Shown: positions 59,074 through 64,000 of the stretch, in pieces
Numbering within the stretch: position 1 is the first letter of the stretch
Layout of the letters: each line of letters opens with the position of its first letter
NCBI RefSeq assembly: GCF_006345805.1
Contig: NC_042997.1
Location: 21,080,001-21,144,000, forward strand
DNA length: 64,000 bases
Direction: 5' to 3'
Source: Octopus sinensis
Taxonomy: Eukaryota
Position numbers and translations under genes: made by a program
Notes under the pieces: model-generated
What the model was told of the DNA's origin: nothing
Databases searched by the model: none
The model's input: only the letters and a program-made list of their open reading frames with translations

Positions 59074-60352
59074 TTACAAAAATAGTGATATTGACAGGCT
59101 CTACCTAAGGAGAGATAAAAGAGGTAGGGGCTTGAGATCAGTGCAGACGGCCTTTGAATGTTGCATAGTCTCTCTCAGACAGCACTTGCTAAACATCGAC
59201 AGCAAAAATGAATATATTAACTAAGTGCTGAAAAGGGAAAACAATATACTACGTTTTGGAAGTGAGTGCCTCATAAAGTACTCTCTTCTTGATGACCTCC
59301 CATACAACCCCTAATCAGCTGGACTAGCATGTCTCAAAGAAGACCTGGTGGTAAAACGCTCAGCATACCAAAAAAGACCATGCGGGAGTATGTCTCTCAT
59401 AGACTTGAGAAAGATAGTAACATTGACACGAAGCGAAGCCTCTCTTGGATTCGTGACCGCTTCATCGCCTCACACTTCGAAGGCTATGGATTTGCAATCT
59501 AAGAAGAGAAGATTGCTACTAAATACCTAATCAACAAGAGACACTAAAGCCCTTGGAGTTCCGAGATGCAACCGAAAATGTAAATTATGTCACATTTCTG
59601 TGGAAGACGTCACGTGCGATTACCAGCTGCCTAAAAATGTCTCCTCCCTATGCCACAAGAAGTTGCCGCAATAACAGTATTCAATGTTATTCGGAAAAAA
59701 ATTGACTCGGAATAATTCTAGAGAATTCCCCCTGTTACTGAATACGTATACAAATACCAACACAAGTAATACTGGTAGAACATTCCCTTCAAAACATTAA
59801 AATATTAGTCAAGTGTTAGCCTAAAGGCTGGATATCGCTGTTTCGGACAGATGTGAATATCTCTTTGAAAATCAAAGAGAAAGAAGGTAATTATGGACAA
59901 CTGCTTCGAAACCTCCAGTTTCTATACCGGAATTTCAAATTTACATTTATACCAATAATCCTTTCTACTATAGGCACAAAGCCTGAAATTTGGGTGAGAG
60001 GACTTGCCGATTACATCGACCCCAGTGTATCACTGGTACTTAATTTATCGACCCCGAAAGGATGAAAGGCAAAGTCGACCTCAGCGGAATTTGAACTCAG
60101 AACATACCGACAGGCGAAATACCGCTAAGCATTTCGTCGAGCGTGGTAACGATTCTGCCAGTTCACAGTCTTACTTTTATACCAGTAATAACTGGAACAC
60201 TTGGTTTTGTAAGCAAATACATAACTGTCAGTCTGGACAAGCTTGGATTTTCAGGTAAAAAAAAAAAAAATCAACTGATTCGAACATTACGAATGCTATA
60301 TATAAGCAGAAAAGTAATACTATGTAAGACTTATCTCGGGTTTCAAATGTGA
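59074..60352 (+). mobile_element. R4/Dong-type (RLE) non-LTR retrotransposon 3' fragment, decayed, interrupted by SINE C (about 60000-60160, -)
   Basis: KNSDIDRLYLRRDKRGRGLRSV (post-RT motif), FEGYGFAI, zinc-knuckle start CKLCHISVEDVT, PD-type endonuclease remnant and KEKEGNYGQLLRNL...IPIILSTIG. Confidence 0.82.
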
Positions 60353-60462
60353 CATTGTTTTCGTTATCTACATTCCAAGATGAAGGTTTGCATCTTTGTC
60401 AAAACCCAGTTCCATCTTCAGAACATGAATTTAAATAATTAAATATAGAAGACATACATACA

Positions 60463-60536
<74 letters not shown>

Positions 60537-60639
60537 ACTAACTAACTATATATATATATGCATTGTATATATTTTCAACCATATATGTGTGTGTGTGTGC
60601 ATTTATGTATGTATGCGTGTGTGTATATGTAGATATATA

Positions 60640-60680
<41 letters not shown>

Positions 60681-62279
60681 GTACAGACACACACACACAC
60701 GCGCGCGCATACATAAACACGCACACATATATATGGTTGAAAATATATACAAAAATAAAGGCAGGTGAAAGAAAAAAACACAGTGTATTAGTTTGACACT
60801 CAGGAGAGGTGTGAGAAGTATTTGATGTTTCGAGCCTACGCTCTTCTACGGAAAGAAATGAAAAAAGAAAAAAAAGTATACAAAAAGAAAAATTGGAAAA
60901 ACACAACGTTTCTGAATAAACGGTGCTACATTTTGAACTAACCGGGACGAAGTGATTGCCGGCGTTGATGGCAAAGGATAAAACAGAGACCTGACTAAAG
61001 TTTAAGTGCACGAGCATGTGTGTAGGTGTATGATGATAATGTGTGCTTGTGTATTTGTGTGCGTGTGAACGACCGCATGCCTGTGTGTGAGCAGGCACAT
61101 GTGTTTGTGTGCAAGTGCGTGTGTATGTGCAGGCGCATGTGTGTGTGCAGGTGCATGTGTGTGTGCAGGTTCGCCTGTGTGTGTGTGTGTGTGTGTGCAG
61201 ACGCGTGTGTGTAGTAGCTAATGTGTGCGTGTATGCAGTGTGCAAGTAGCGTGTGTGTGCGTGTGTGCGTGTGTTCGTGTGTATTTGTTAGGCATGAGCG
61301 TGTGTTTGTGTTTGTGTGTTCGTGTGTATTTGGTAGGCATGAGCGTGTGTTTGTGTGCGTGTATGTGTGTGTGTATGTAAGAGGCAGTCAGTCATATGTT
61401 TGTGTATGCACAAAGTGTGTGTGTGTGACGCTATTGTGTGCGGGTATATTATGTGTGAATATTTTAGGATGCTTATCTCAAAGTCAGGTAGGGTTGTTAA
61501 ATTTTATGATGGATTATACTTGTGCACGTTACTGGTATGACATTCGCAACACCAGAATGGAAGCAAGCGTTAAATATTCAAATAGTCGAACCATTTTTTT
61601 TTTGCTATTAATGGATGTTGAAGTTTTAGATAAGATTACAAATATTCTTACAAATAAAAACGTGGTTTTTTTATAAATATTTTCACAGAAAGTGTTCGTT
61701 AAATTCATATTTTCTGCAGCGAATCATTAATAAATTTCCAATAATTCACATATTACCATCATAGAAATAGATAAAAGTAAAGAACTTGCCTCTGAAGAAA
61801 TTTGCAGAAGAATTGTTTGAATTAATGCTTTCGCTTATTTCAAATTTTAAACAACGTGAGGAAATCTCATAGGAAAGGTATTTGTTAGATAAAATAACTT
61901 ATTTCTCTGATAAACATACAGAATGACTTCTGCAAATCCGATAAATATTGGGGTTAGAATTCAGAGATTTAAAACATTATCCAACAATGGAATATTTAAA
62001 TAAACTGGTAGTATTCCAAGCACAAGAATTCTAAATTCAAAACTTAAGGATGTGTACTATTCATAGACTTTCCATAGGCAATAGCAGTCTAGTTAAAGAA
62101 AAATTGCAAGCGTTCGGAGTTACACCATTCTAAAAATCCCCTACACTTTCATTACAGTGACTACCAAAATAATTCGGTAGGGTAATATAATTGTTAAAGA
62201 ATTTAAAGATCTGCTAACGTGCTATATATATATATATATATAGATAGATATAGATATAGATATATAGATATATATATAT

Positions 62280-62433
62280 ACGACGAGCTTCTTTCAGTTT
62301 CCGTCAACCAAATCCACTCACAGGGCATTGGTAGGCCCGAGGCTATAACAGGAGACACTTGCCCGAGTAGGACTGAACCCGGAACTATGTGGTTCGTAAG
62401 CAAGAAACCTACCACACAGCCACTCCTGCGCCT
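62280..62433 (-). mobile_element. SINE A 5' half ending at a microsatellite
   Basis: CGACGAGCTTCTTTCAGTTTCCG...CACACAGCCACTCCTGCGCCT. Confidence 0.85.
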
Positions 62434-64000
62434 ATGATATATATACGTGTATATATATATATATAATACATATATTGTAGCTTTGTTGATAAATTCTTCC
62501 TGGGTATGACTGGTACTTATGCTATAAATCTAAATCGAAATTATTGAAAGGCAAATTCGACACTAGAAGCGTTTTAATTCAGAATATATAACAAAATTGC
62601 ATATCGTCACGCATTTATTCTTACGTTCTTCCGTTTCTGCGAATTCACCGCCTTCCATTTTCAAAGAAGATTGAAATTAAAGCTGAAAAAAAAATGCCTT
62701 GATAGATATTTTCACCAGTATCTCTGATTACAATGCTTTTAGAATATTTTAGGAAAGCAGCTTCGATTTGTTTTCTCGAGGAAAAAAATTAATAGCAGGA
62801 AGCGTCAGAAAAGTGAATTTCTAATAATAATCGGCTTGTATCGATTTCAAGATCTGCATTAATCTGTCTTAAATCACGACTTTTAAGACGAATTCCAGTG
62901 CCATATTTGCAAAAAGATATACATTAACTGCTGCTGATGCTCTGGGTAATCAATCAGGCAAAATATTTCACCTTTTAAGATATCTGGCCTACATCCGGGT
63001 TTCCATTGATTTTATCAGATCAACCTCATAGATTTTCAATTTATACAGAAGTTTTTGCAATATTATATGTAGATGACTGAAGTTCAAAGGAATTATGTAT
63101 TATGAAAGAAACGTATTATATTCCACTGTCGCAGCTTTATGAGATAGAAAAGTATAGCATTCAACAAGCTAAGGTATTAGCTTTTATATGTTGCTCGATG
63201 CAAAATTTCATTTCTGTGTAGTTGCGTATAAATTGTTTATAAATTTACATTTTGAGTAGGGTTATATTTTAATGAAAGTATTAGCAAAAAGTTATTACAT
63301 ACCAATTTTCGTTTATTTGATCACTACAAAAATAATCAAAAATGCTATTCATTCAAACAACGATAGTGGCTTGGTTCTATAAATAAAGATTTGTATAGAC
63401 TGCTTTGGCATTTATTTATTTGTTTATGTTGAGAAAGATTTTTATTGTCAAGAATCGTTTTGATATATTTTATGAAAAGTTTCATACTAAATATATTTCC
63501 TTTATAGTTTCATCTATCGTTTTTTTGCCTAAACATTTTTGCCTCTATTAATCACTAGCTATTATTAGCTTAGCATTTCAACGGTTTTCATTGTCACCCA
63601 GATTTGACATATATCAGTAATTCTCCGAGGTCATTTTCAAAGATATCTAAATAACAAATAATTGTCCCCCCCAAAAAAAAGAAAGAAAAAAAGAAAAAAA
63701 ACCCGTATAAACTAAAACCTTTGATATTTCTCTTGGGAAAATATTAATCAGGTTTTGTTTGCAGTAAATGATGCGTTGCCGCATTTATCGTATATTTGTT
63801 GTTCACTGTGTAATATATACAAGAGCATTTTGCATTTTATCGAATTTTTCGGACGCAGAACATTTTATCTTCGACAATCTTTCGTCATTATTCCGAAATT
63901 GGATTTGAACCACGCTATTTACATTGGGATTTGGTGTTCTATATGAAGTAAGAGTAGCCTGTCTGGTTAGTTTGGTATTATATAGACTACTATATTAGAA

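Noticed and set aside
61700-64000. Coding or structured elements in the terminal AT-rich region
   Set aside because: Apart from one SINE half, only short low-complexity ORFs; nothing supportable.

Overview
AT-rich, repeat-dense eukaryotic DNA, not a prokaryotic locus. The SINE families and the (TA)n/(TATG)n/(CA)n microsatellite load look like an octopod cephalopod genome (inference from repeat recognition). The window holds about 20 tRNA-derived SINE copies of at least four families and several Tc1/mariner-superfamily relics: a near-intact IR/DR DD34E Tc1, a DD36E Incomer-type element, a Tc3-like fossil, two mariner fossils, a mariner MITE, a maT-like fragment, and a pogo-like deletion derivative that keeps an intact PHD finger. 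It also has Penelope, CR1 and R4/Dong-type LINE fragments and a 7.4 kb satellite of about 285 x 26 bp that visibly grows out of a SINE-internal motif and shows higher-order block duplications. Almost all ORFs in the supplied track are microsatellite or satellite artefacts. Reading splice signals by eye gives a phase-consistent chain of small minus-strand exons (about 29.3 kb down to 5.4 kb, possibly starting further upstream) for an unidentified protein; this is a hypothesis, not a recognised gene. No CRISPR array, rRNA or genuine tRNA gene was found.
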